From contig OX597832.1 of NCBI GenBank assembly GCA_951406725.2, positions 58,714,001 through 58,778,000 of the forward strand: a stretch of 64,000 nucleotides of DNA, in the 5' to 3' direction. The position numbers were made by a program, and so were the translations under genes. The notes under the pieces are model-generated. The model was not told the DNA's origin and did no database searches. It worked only from the letters and a program-made list of their open reading frames with translations. Shown piece by piece: positions 1-13,130 of the stretch. The stretch comes from Octopus vulgaris (Eukaryota). Each line of letters opens with the position of its first letter. Position 1 is the first letter of the stretch.

Positions 1-392
1 TGGCATCACATCGCGCCTGTAGAGTTTATCTCGAACCAGTAGCACTGTCAGGCCAAGAACATCTGGAAATTATCCATGATAATTCCCGACCGGAAAGTCC
101 TCCAAAACAGACAAGCCCACAGTCTCTCCGAAAACGTCGTCGCAATCTCCGCCACTAATCCTCTATAAATTTCTAAAGCGGAATATCCACCTATCCCATT
201 GGTTTATTGGTTGAGGGCTGTGTGCGTCTGAGGACATTCTAGGTGCCAGGTGTCCAATTTCGGTGTTTTATTCACCCAGGACTGCAGCTCCGTCAAGGAG
301 ACGAGCTGCGGAAAGACGAACCTCGCAAACGGAACCCACACACCGTCCAGAAATCGTTGCAGGTAGCGTAACCTAAGAGCATGTCTGCATAT
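1..392 (-). mobile_element. Tx1/L1-like LINE ORF2 C-terminal fragment (degenerate)
   Basis: Minus strand reads RHALRLRYLQRFLDGVWVPFARFVFPQLVSLTELQSW, then atggataatttccagatgttcttggcctgacagtgctac...gttcgagataaactctacagg. This aligns by eye with 59997-60071 (MDNHQRSLAWQCYREALPVRDNLYR) of the Tx1-like element. Confidence 0.75.
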
Positions 393-404
393 TAGGAAGA
401 AACG

Positions 405-473
405 ATAATAATAATAATAATAGTAATGACGATGATGATGATGATGATGATGATGATAATAATAATAATGATA

Positions 474-566
<93 letters not shown>
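405..566. repeat. Compound (TAA)n/(TGA)n microsatellite
   Basis: Directly visible; source of the poly-I/Y/H ORFs. Confidence 0.95.
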
Positions 567-567
<1 letters not shown>

Positions 568-778
568 TTCTGTTGTGTCTGGGGAGAGTCATTCTCTTTT
601 AGTGCCTTATTATTTAACACACTCCCGGTAAAATTTCCACTTATTTCTTATTTTTATTTTCTAACATTTTCGTTGCGTCTTGCAACGTTTTCAATAGTCT
701 TGCAACGTTTTCAATAGTCTTGAGTGTGTTAAATAATAAGGCACTAAAAGAAATGACTCACCCCAGACACAACAGAAT
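567..778. repeat. Inverted repeat with ~58-bp arms (567-624 and 722-778), MITE-like or inverted PLE end
   Basis: Left arm attctgttgtgtctggggagagtcattctcttttagtgccttattatttaacacactc matches the reverse complement of the right arm with 1 mismatch and 1 indel. The spacer has a 20-bp tandem duplication (gtcttgcaacgttttcaata). Confidence 0.85.
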
Positions 779-1027
779 ATGCTTCAACACACAAACTCAT
801 ATAAAGAATCTTGCAAACCAAATCCCAAAACGAAAAATAATAATGATAATATTTTAAAAGGATTGACGTAACTCTTCACAAAGGTAAACAGGCAAGACGA
901 AGAGCGTGATTCGATTGTAATAGATATTTTATTGGTTGAACGATATTTCGACAGCAAGCCTGTCTTTGTCAAGTTCAAAATAAGAAGTGATAAATGATGA
1001 TGATGATGATGATGATGATGATAATAA

Positions 1028-1253
1028 CAACAATAATCGGCGGAGCCCTGGGTACAGTGAGTGAAAATCTCGAGAAGTACGTGGAACAAATAGAGGCTGA
1101 AATAAGGGTGGAGCACTTGCAGAAAACTGCACTGCTTGGAACCGCTCGAATACCCCAGAAGGCGCTTGAAAAATAAGAGGTGTTACCTTAGTTCACTGGT
1201 ACTGAACAGTTGGCACCATAGTACACCTCCAACGTTAGAAACTGTGCAAAGGC

Positions 1254-1254
<1 letters not shown>
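1028..1254 (+). mobile_element. R4/Dong-like non-LTR retrotransposon 3' end
   Basis: IIGGALGTVSENLEKY...LQKTALLGTARIPQKALEK* matches the typical R4/Dong C-terminus (IGALG...LQKxALLGTARILRKVL). A short 3' UTR runs into (TAA)n, the known Dong target. Confidence 0.85.
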
Positions 1255-1308
<54 letters not shown>

Positions 1309-1321
1309 GTAATAGTAATAA

Positions 1322-1370
<49 letters not shown>

Positions 1371-1415
1371 TGATGATGATGATGATGATGATGCTGATGC
1401 TGATGCTGATGCTGG

Positions 1416-1453
<38 letters not shown>

Positions 1454-1595
1454 TGATGGTGATGATGATGATGCTGGGATGATGATGTTAACGATGAAAG
1501 TAGCAGTGCTGATTGTAATGATGGGGATGGTGATGACGATAATGATGATAGTAGTAGTAGTGGTAGTAGTTGTAGTAGTAGTAGTAGCAGTAGTG

Positions 1596-1637
<42 letters not shown>

Positions 1638-1661
1638 ATAGTAGTAATAATAATAATGATG

Positions 1662-1698
<37 letters not shown>

Positions 1699-1702
1699 CA
1701 AC

Positions 1703-1782
<80 letters not shown>

Positions 1783-1805
1783 TGATGGTGATGATGATGA
1801 TGATG
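1254..1805. repeat. Compound trinucleotide array (TAA/TGA/TAG/CAA)
   Basis: Directly visible. Confidence 0.95.
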
Positions 1806-3412
1806 TGTTTGAAAGTTTGAATGAAGTAATAAAGTGAAAGAGACATGACGGAATGGATTAAGCTACAAAAGATGCAGTTAATCAGGTGTATTGAAGACAT
1901 TGCCTTTAGCAGGAGATCAAAACAAGAGAAAGATATAACGTATTGGCTTCATTGATATTCATGAACCTATACACAACGATAAAAACACCAACACAAACAT
2001 AAGAAAAAGCAAAGGAGAGAGAGAGAGAGAGAAAAGAGAATGAAAGAATGGCTTGCAACGACGATACAGTTGTTAATAAACACGTTTATCACTGATATAA
2101 TCTAATGGTACGTAAATTTGTGTCTTGTTTTATTGCCAGAGAAATGCTAAATTTAGGGACGTTGCCCTTTATTAAGTGAAGCGGATATAATTACCGAGTT
2201 TAGAGAACATACATCGGTGACTTTTAAAGAACAGTTTTTTTTTTTTTCGTTTCTCTAGGATTACTTTGGTTTGGTTTGTAGCTTCAGTTATTGATTAAAA
2301 CAACAATTTTTTTATTCTTTATTTTTTATTTTCTTCTTTCAGATGTCGTTCTATGTGAATTGAAGAAGCAATTATAGTAAGTTAGGTAGGTTTATGATAG
2401 GTTTTTCAGAGAGAGTTTATGCGGAGTTTTTCAAAGTGGTTTATGGTAAGTCAGCGTGATTTATGACAGAATTTTGAGTGTTTTCAGGTAGGTTTTGACA
2501 GTTCTAACAGTTTTTACTTTAAAAATAAAATCGAAATAAAATAAATTATAACACAATAAAGAAAACTATGGACTACAATGCTGTGTTTGATCGTATAAAT
2601 TTCTATACACGGCTTCACCATAGAAATAACATATGCAATAAAATCGTATTGAGGAGCTAAGTAAGCAAAAATGACATTAATTGCTTTTCGTTGTTAAGTT
2701 ACGTCATTATATTTTTGGAGATGGAATCCTGAGGAATCTGCTTTGCTTTTATCGCTCTTGGATTGATTAAATAAAATATCTTGCACTCGTATACCAAATA
2801 TAATTTACTCTACTTACTATATATCTACCCTACAGGATTTTAAAATAAAAAAAAACCTTTGATCGGAAGTCAGAAATGAAGGAATACATGAAAATGACTT
2901 TCAATCTTCTCGAAGTGTACGAGCTTTTAACCTTTTTCAACTAATGTATCCAACTTGTGTTGAATGTAAATAAAGAGTCTTTTTAAATTTAAAAACTTAA
3001 ATCGTCTTTGCCACACTTTCTTTGAAAAATTTAATACACAGAACTATACTTTTGCTGTGGTTGTTTGTTTAATGACAACTCATCCTTATTCTATCAGACT
3101 TATTCTCAGAGAAATTCCTGTTGTGACTGTCACATCTAACCTTCATGCATAATGCATCTAGAATCACATGATCCAATGCGTGTTACTGTATTTAAGATGG
3201 TTGGTAGTGAATTGAAGAATGTGTGAGATACAGAGAAACTGAACAGTCAGATGCCGCTAAGAGTTTGTTGGTAAAACGTTCGCTTTGGAACAACGCAGCT
3301 TCGTGTTCAATCTAATTGTAAGCCACCTTGCGTAAGTATCTTGAGCAATTGTCCCGAGCCTACCCAAGCCATGTGAATGAGTTTCTTAGGAGTGAAACAG
3401 CAGAAGTCCGTC

Positions 3413-3444
3413 ATATATACATACATATATACATACATAAATAC

Positions 3445-3520
<76 letters not shown>

Positions 3521-3542
3521 TGTATGTATGTATGTATGTATG

Positions 3543-3600
<58 letters not shown>

Positions 3601-3622
3601 ATATATATATATATATATATAT
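3413..3622. repeat. (TA)n/(TATG)n microsatellite
   Basis: Directly visible. Confidence 0.95.
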
Positions 3623-3795
3623 GCTCGAAATACGAGAGTAGAAAAACAGCCAACAACTGATGAAGGGTCGTTCTTTATGTTGTGTGTCTTGTTTTACATT
3701 TGTTTCTTTCGTTGTTCGAAAAAATACTTCATATTCCATGTACTCGTACTTTTTTGTTGTACAAGTTTCATGACATCCTTTACCGACATATGCAT
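3623..3795 (+). mobile_element. Short TA-associated interspersed repeat (probable PLE terminal fragment), copy 1
   Basis: gctcgaaatacgagagtagaaaaacagccaacaactgatgaag... is nearly identical to 29288-29468 and similar to 56289-56460. All three end in TA-rich repeats. Confidence 0.7.
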
Positions 3796-3812
3796 ATATA
3801 TATATATGTATA

Positions 3813-4958
3813 TGTCTGTGACGTCCTATTTTTGTTGTTATTATTATCATTATTGTTTTTACGTATGTTCGTATTCTTATTCGTGTTATCATTATTATTT
3901 TTACGTATTTTTGTATTCTTATTCGTTCCCGTCCTTGTTTTGTATACATTCGAGGCTTTCTTCCAAAGAATCTAATACGCTTGGTTTAGATTTTCCTTTA
4001 TGGCTGGCCAGGTCGGAGCAATCTCAAGATTAATCAGCCGAAATTGCGAGGATGATTCGATTCTTGACTGAAGATTGAAGGCTTCGAATGTCCCGTCCGT
4101 GTTTTTTGTATCATGTTCTAAATGTTTGCGTTCTTGTCCCAGTTTGTGTTTTTTTACATATGCATATATATATATGGCGGCGCCCGTACCCTTTTTGGTC
4201 TTGTATATAAGTACATTTTTCTTTAAATTTGGTATGACTCTATAACACTGTCTCTCTCTCTCCCCTTCTCCTACATTTCTCTGCCTTTCACACTTTGCAC
4301 TCCACTTTGATCTGCCTCTTTCTCTCTCTCTCTCTTCCCCTCCTCCTTTGTTCCTTGTTCCCTTTCTTTCTCTCTTCCTCTGTCCCTCTTTTCCTCTCTC
4401 TTCTCACATGTGACTAACTTTGGACTGCTGTCCTGCTTCTCCGTGGTCAGCAGCCGCCAAGGCCAGACACACACTTTTTCTTTCTTCGCCTCAAGGCATT
4501 TTTCCAATGCGTCAGCTCAAGTTCACCTGTCTTGTCAAAAAGACGCCTGTCTGTGACGTCCTGTTTTTGTTATTATTATTATCATTATTGTTTTTACGTA
4601 TTTTCGTATTCTTATTCGTGTTATTATTATTATTTTTACGTATTTTTGTATTCTTATTCGTTCCCGTCCTTGTTTTGTATACATTCGAGGCTTTCTTCCA
4701 AGGAATCTAATGCGCTTGGCTTAGATTTTCCTTTGGGGCTGGCCAGGTCGGAGTAATCTCAAGATTAATCAGCCGAAATTGCGAGGATGATCCGGTTCTT
4801 GACTGAAGATTGAAGGCTTCGAATGTCCCGTCCGTGTTTTTTGTATCGTGTTCTAAATGTTTGCGTTCTTGTCCCAGTTTGTGTTTTTTTACATATACAT
4901 ATATATATGGCGGCGCCCGTACCCTTTTTGGTCTTGTATGTAAGTACATTTTTCTTTA
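3813..4958 (+). mobile_element. Element with two ~412-bp direct repeats (3813-4225, 4548-4958) around a 322-bp spacer; pseudo-LTR/TRIM-like
   Basis: The two copies align almost base for base from tgtctgtgacgtcct to gtacatttttcttta. TA runs flank both sides. Confidence 0.8.
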
Positions 4959-5229
4959 TATATATTCAGGTGTAAGTAGCCAGGGCTATTGTACTGTTTG
5001 GAGGGGAGGTAACCATTTCAGTCTATTATGTCATGAAACTTACTAGCCACACTTATGGGTCTTGGGACACATGTTAAGGCTTTCTTAAGTGTAATTCAAT
5101 TTTATTTCAAATTGAGAAGTTAATTCATCCTAGGAAACTTCGTCTTCTTCTCCTCTGGTCTATGATATTCATTCCTTTAATCTTTCTGTCAATCGACATC
5201 TTTCGAATTTATAGGGTCTTCTTTTTCTT

Positions 5230-6595
5230 CTTTGTCGTCCCTTATGCTGCTGTGGCCTGAAGTCTTATTTGTAATAAAATGGTATTAATAAAAATAGCTT
5301 ACAATGGCGACGTGGATTTTGAAGGTATGTTAGAGAATGATGATGAATATGTAGATTGCGAAATTACGAATATTGTTAATAATTATTTTGGCATGCAACA
5401 GAATTAACTTGGTAAAGTAGCTTGTATTGCAGGAGACCCTTCCGTTTGGGAAGCTTTTAGCTTCGGTAGTTTTTAATGAAGTGAGAACAATTGCCAGATC
5501 ATGTGTAGGTTTCTAACAAGCAATGAAATACATCAAAACTATACCAAGGAGCAGCATGGACTTGAATTACAATTAATCAATTATACAAAAACAAGATGGA
5601 ATGGTTTCTTTGCAAAGCTAGAGCGATTGTTGTTCCTTAAAACGTGAATTTCAGAATTTATGATCGATATGGAACAAAACTTTCACTTCTCTCTCAGACA
5701 ATGGATTTAATGTTCTACGTGCTGCTGGATCAGCATTGGAACCAATTAATATTGCAGTTAAAAAGTTTGCTAGAAAGGAAACAACTTTGATCTCTGCAGA
5801 ACGCCTATTAGATTTTATTGTTAAAGAATTGAATTAATAAAATAGTGCATTGTCCATCTGTGCTAAGAAAACGTTTCAAGAAAAGGATCAAACAGTTAAG
5901 AAATAAATATCTGATTGGATTAATCGAAACAACCTTCTTTTAATTTTGGACGCCCCTGACTGTTTTCTAATTTTGGCATCAGAAAATTCATTGCAAAATA
6001 TCGCTAAGTAACTGTCTAAAAGATTGTTCGCAGCTTTGTCTGGAGAATGATATATTCCCAACGCTTGATTATAGAAACACTCATACCAACAAAAGAATAA
6101 TTGCATCTACTATAGAAATTAGATTTCATCAAGAACAACGATTTTGAAACAAATCAAGATAGCATCCAATCGTAAGAGGAGCCAAAGATACAAAAAAATG
6201 ATTGAAGTCACAGGCTATACACCGTTAAACTATGCAAACCGCTGCTTGTCTTCAGAAGCAATCGTCTAAATAAAGAGCATTTACTGTGACAGAGCAGTTG
6301 TGTTACACAAACTGCAATACTGCAATCGTGATCGAGCGATAGTACCTTCACCAATGTGTCTCTTCTTGAGAAAATAATTTCAATATGATAGAAATTATTT
6401 TTGTATTTAGAAAAATATTGATCTTGCTTTGTGTATATTAAAAACTTTATTTTTTTAATAGAAGTCAACATTTTTATAAGAATAAATAGTTCTGCACATC
6501 AATTTTGCTTTCTAAGCTTTCAGTTCAGGAAAAAACTTCAAGAAAAATTGGTTCTATCCCGGGAAATTACTTGCAATTCGAAACATTTTATTCTA
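5230..6595 (+). mobile_element. Decayed hAT-superfamily DNA transposon
   Basis: From 5522 it reads NEIHQNYTKEQHGLELQLINYTKTRWNGFFAKLERLL (hAT TRWNS motif), and later ALEPINIAVKKFARKETTLISAE, with stops and frameshifts. Boundaries are approximate. Confidence 0.7.
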
Positions 6596-7061
6596 TACAC
6601 GTGATCCATGGGAAAGATGTGTTCCAGGAAATTATGAAATACTTGTACTTATATATACATGTACCCACTAAATATACATATATAAATCTTCCCCACAGAT
6701 ATACCGGTCATGTGCACATCTATTTAGGTTGACTGAATAAATGCTAAACAGATTAATCAAAATAAATGCACAAAAATGGCAACATATAAATCCATACCAA
6801 CTTTCTCTCTCTCTCTCTCTTTATATATATATATATACATATATATGCGCATATGAGTAGGACAATATCCTCGTGTCTCAACAATTTGCCTCCATTTTGA
6901 GGCGAACACCTTTCTCCATGGTATCGGCTTGAAATATTGTGGCGACTCTAGGATGTTTTCCTACTTTTCGTAACACGAAACCAATGATAGCCTTAACAAG
7001 TAAAGTGATTATAATCAACCAATGCGGTGTTGAGCACTTATTTTCATCTTCCGACATTTAT

Positions 7062-8100
<1,039 letters not shown>

Positions 8101-8439
8101 CTTGAGGTTGCAGTGACAAATATAGAAATATTATTTGTCTGAAAGATTGGATGTTGGACAACAAGAGAAAACGTAAGAAATATATTTAAGTAACAAGCTA
8201 ACAGCTGGAAGTCATACCCTCATTGTAATATATGATCACTTCCGGTTCTGAAACAGCAGGGAGTTTATATCTGTTTACTACATCTGTTTCAGGCTAGCAA
8301 TCTCATTCTTTTTCTGCTGTCTGACAATGCACTCCTTACTGAATTCCTGAAACTCCAAGAGACCGAGAAAATAAATGAAAGTATAGCATTTATTTATGCT
8401 TGATTCTGTTTGTGCTCTCCATCGTGAGCATATATGAGA

Positions 8440-8760
<321 letters not shown>

Positions 8761-9249
8761 AGGAGAAAAAGAGAGAAAAAAGAAATAGAAAAAGAAAGAA
8801 TGCGTGAGTGATAGTTGAAAATGTTGTTTCTGCGAGTGTGCGTGTGTACGTGTGTATTTATGTATGTGTGTGCACAGATTTCTGGTGCATGCTGTGTCAG
8901 TGAGTGTAGGTGCAGTAAATTATTCAGACCACCTCTCTTCCCACGTAAAATTTGTTTTTAATCGTGCGCCAAATTCTTCCACCTAAAATTGCTTTGCATT
9001 CTACCTCACCAGAAATGACTCAAGGTTTTCATACCGCCATCTTTATTTCAGCTTAGCTCTATAACGAAACACGCAACAATTACTTCTCTAACGACTTTCG
9101 CAGCAGGAACCATCAATTAATCTTATTATTATACGTATTATTATTGTTATTATTATTGTTATTGTTATTATTATTATCATTATCAATATTATTATTATCA
9201 GTTTTCTTCTCCTCCTCCTCCTCCTCCTCCTCATTATCATCATCATCGT

Positions 9250-9380
9250 ATTTTAATGTGAATAGAAGCAAACGGACTCATTGACAGCGCGCTCGCGAAA
9301 ATATAAATTTTGCCAAGATTGCGTAATAAATATTTATACGTCAACCACATTACTTCGAGTGGGAAAGAGAAATCCCCCCC
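9250..9380 (+). promoter_or_regulatory. Unique CpG-containing island upstream of the candidate exon (possible promoter or 5' UTR)
   Basis: Repeat-free and CpG-retaining (gcgcgctcgcg), with a TTGCGTAA bZIP-like site. Function is inferred only from position. Confidence 0.3.
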
Positions 9381-9474
9381 AAGACATTTTATTGTATGTT
9401 CTTTTTTTGTTTTTTTTGCCAAAGTCCATTTTGCTTTTTGTTTTTCCTTTTTCTGTTTTCGTTAGTCGTTCAAT

Positions 9475-9546
9475 ATGGCCACCGCCTCAACAATAACTCA
9501 AGGAGGCGATAACTACTATAGTGATAAAGCCGCGAATACTTTTCTT
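9475..9546 (+). CDS. Candidate short coding exon (MATASTITQGGDNYYSDKAANTFL) of an unidentified gene
   Basis: A polypyrimidine tract and TAG acceptor end at 9465. Kozak-like AATATGGCC, 24 non-repetitive codons, then a phase-0 GTATGT donor at 9547. It lies in a unique, repeat-free island. Confidence 0.5.
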
Positions 9547-10729
9547 GTATGTTTACAGATACAGAGACTGTTTTTGAAAAAATGAACTGAATATAACATG
9601 AAACGTAAATTGAACAGACGGAGTTTATACAAACAGTTGCTATTTCAGGAGTACACAAGAAAAGAAATTTTCGAACGCGCAAACATAAATTGTAATAAGA
9701 ATTGCATCGGTAACCACAGTTTGTTATGATTTGCTTGCGAAGGGAAATCTAAACGGCATTTAGACATATGTCGAGTCTGCGCAAAACGAAAAATGGAGAG
9801 ACATATTACCATAAAGGGGTTGGGTTTGTTTACGGGAATTTTCACTAAGTCGTCGAAGAGGAAAACTGGAATACATTTTAGTTAATGGGATAGGTTTTCG
9901 TATGCCTCAACACAATTTGGAATCGATGTATGTGAGGCTCCCTGGATGATCTTCTCAGCTGAAATTCTGCCGACGTTTAACATGAGTTTTATTCTGTTGG
10001 GGGTCGATAAAATATACACCCGTTGAACACTGGTATCAATGAAATCGACTAGTTTTTCCCCCAAATTTTCAGGTCGGGTGCGTAAAGTAGAAAGTATTAT
10101 TACTATTATTATTGTTGATGATGATGTTGTTAATATTAATTCTTAACAGCTCTGTCCGCAAATATTGAGATTATTGTACGTTTACGCGATTTTTCATAAA
10201 CTTTTTACGAAGGAGACAAGAATTTTCATAGATATAATTGATTAAGACATTTTCGGGGGAAAAAACAGGTTCAAAACCTCATTGATTTAAATTAGTTGAG
10301 GCAAAATTATTTTTCCATGTCATTTACCACTAATAGACAAATAGTGGGTATGGCGTCCATAGCAGCTGAAGTAGCGGTAGCGATAAAACTGTCGTCTGCA
10401 TTGAAAATTTACGCTTTAGAAAGAGTATGTGGCTTTTTACGAGTTGTTCTCGAAGGAGAAAATGCTAAGAGTGGTATGGTAAAACAATATCAACAACAAG
10501 AACAACAAAAGCAACATCATGACAACAGGAGAAACAACAGTTACATCAGTGGCAACAGCAAAAAAAAATGAAGGACACGTTTGTTTTGCTATTGTTGGTA
10601 GGAAAGAGCGACGAAATTAATATCTCATTGACATTGTAAGCAATTACAAAAAAGAAACAGAAATCAATAACCACAACAAATACAGCAAGAATACAGTAAC
10701 TATCAACATCGAGACAGGAAACATAGGTT

Positions 10730-11440
10730 TCATATTTTGGCGCTTGGTCGGAAGTTTGAAGGGAGGGGTTAAGTTCATTGCATTGGCTCGAGTGTGTAAC
10801 TAATAATTATTGTATCGACCCGGAAAGGATAAAAATCAGAGACGACGTTGGTGGAATTTGAACTCAGATCGAAAAGACGGACAAAATGCCACTAAGCATT
10901 TTTTCTGGCATGTTCAATATTCTACCAGCTCGTCACTTTATCAAGACAGTAAATATCACGAACAACAAAAGAAAAAATAACTAAATAAAAATAAGTGGGG
11001 AGGAAATAACATTTGACTACAATATTTATTTTTTATTGCCCACAAGGGGGTAAACATACAGGGGATAAACAAAGCCACGCAAAGGGCTTAAGTCGATTAC
11101 ATCGACCCGGGTGCGTAACTGGTACTTATTTAATCGACCCCGAAAGGATGAAAGGCAAAGTCGACCTCGGCAGAATTTGAACTCACAGCGTGACAGCAGA
11201 CGAAATACCTATTTCTTTACTACCCACAAGGGGCTAAACACACAGAGGACAAACAAGGACAGACAAACGGATTAAGTCGATTATATCGACCCCAGTGCGT
11301 AACTAGTACTTATTTTATCGACCCCGAAATGGTGAAAGGCAAAGTCGACCTCCGCGGAATTTGAACACAGAACGTAACGGTAGACGAAAAAACGGCTAAG
11401 CATTTCGCCTGGTGTGGTATTGATTTTACCAGCTTGCCGA
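10730..11440 (-). mobile_element. SINE family B cluster (tRNA-like head, central gcctttcatcctttcggggtcgataaa..aagtaccag domain): one degraded monomer plus a dimer
   Basis: Reverse complement of the family consensus seen at 30395-30620. The central domain resembles the Meta-SINE domain as I recall it. Confidence 0.85.
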
Positions 11441-11547
11441 CCTATTTGTCTACGGTATTAAAGAAAACATTGGTACCAAAACAAAAATGTGACTATTTTG
11501 CAAAAGCCACCATTACCTGAACTGAACATTTACCTTAAAACCAATCT

Positions 11548-11855
11548 GGTACTCCATCGGTCACGTCAATGACTGCACCAGTTGATCTGATGAATGGAAC
11601 GGCCTGAGCACTCCACAGACACATCTACCATAAAGTAGTTCTCAGGGAGATTCAGCATGACACAGAATGTGACAAGGCTGGACCCTTTGAAATACAGGTA
11701 CAAGGCAGGCCTTTTCAAATTTTTGCCAGCGGAGTGGACTGGAGCAACGTGAAATAAAGTCTCTTGTTCGAAGAAACAACACGCGGCCGTGCATCAGTCT
11801 CATGATCATAGGACCATGACTCGAACACCATGACCGAAGAGCCACGCACCGTCAC
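11548..11855 (-). mobile_element. tRNA-derived SINE (family C/D, ...actttatttcacgttgctccagtccactc domain)
   Basis: Homologous to 48172-48490; shares its central domain with 31170-31230. Confidence 0.7.
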
Positions 11856-11875
11856 ACAGGCCTCAAAAAATGAAC

Positions 11876-12268
11876 AGTGGCTGTGTGTTAAGTAGCTTGC
11901 TTACCACATAGTTCCGGGTTCAGTCCTACTGCATGGCACCTTGGGCGAGTGGCTTCTTCAATAGCCTCGGGACGACCATAGCCTTGTGAGTGGATTTGGT
12001 AGACGGAAACTGAAAGAAGCCCGTCGTATATATATATATATATTTATTTATTTATGTGTGTGTGTGTATGTTTGTGTGTCTGCGTTTGTCCCCACCACCA
12101 TCGCTTGACAACCGATGTTGGTATGTTCACTTAACTTATCGGTTCGTCAAAAGATACCTATAGAATAAGTACTAAGCTTACAAAGAATGAGTCGATTTGT
12201 TCGACTAAAAGGAGGAGCTCCAGCATGGCCGCAGTCAAACAACTGAAAGAAGCAAAAGAATAAAAGAA
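11876..12268 (+). mobile_element. SINE family A (tRNA-derived, internal TA/TG microsatellite, aaaagag-type tail)
   Basis: gtggctgtgtgttaagtagcttgc...ggttcagtcc (A/B boxes)...ggatttggtagacggaaactgaaagaagcccgtcg...ctccagcatggccgcagtc; more than 10 copies in the window. Confidence 0.9.
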
Positions 12269-12679
12269 CATGCAACAACATGAATGAGCGAAGTCATATT
12301 TTCCGGGAGGGGAATAATTCCAGTGACTGACTCTCTCGCCGAGAATTGTTGTCATCTGACGGAACACAACCTTAGAAATGTGGGCTTGCAAAGAAGTGGA
12401 TACGTTTGTCGTTTGGAAAAACGGAACCGTGAAACAATACAGGATGGTATTAGGCTGTCTGACAAATGCGTTCGCTTTCGTGCATTGAATTTTAATACTT
12501 TCCAGTGTTGTTGGAGTCAACAGGAAAAATATTTTGTCGTAGTGTTTTTTGGGGATGTTTTGTTTAAAAAAAAATTTTTTTTTAGCTCTATTCTTCCTCT
12601 GCAGCTTTTGTCTAGCGTTTTTCTTTTTTTTTTCTTCTTTTTAGATTTAATTAAATTTTACATCTTTTCAGACGCCAAA

Positions 12680-12944
12680 TGATAATGACAACGACGACGA
12701 CGAAGACGATTAATGACGATAATGACGATGAGGATGATGATGATGATAATGATGACAATGATGACGATAATGATGATGAACATGATGATGAGGAGGGGGA
12801 AGAGGATGATGATGATGATGATGATGGGGAGGAGGAAGTGGGAAGGAGATGGATGATGATGATGTTGATAAGGAAGGTGATGATGATAATGATGACGACG
12901 ATGACGATGATGATGATGATGATGATGATGACGATGATGATGAC

Positions 12945-13003
<59 letters not shown>

Positions 13004-13130
13004 CGCTGATGATGATGACGACGACAATGTTGATTACGACGACGACGATGATGATGATGACGCTAATGATGATGACGACGACGATGTTGACTACGATGAT
13101 GATGATGATGATGATGATGATACTGATGAT
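12680..13130. repeat. (GAT/GAC)n trinucleotide array
   Basis: Directly visible; source of the poly-D/M ORFs. Confidence 0.95.
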
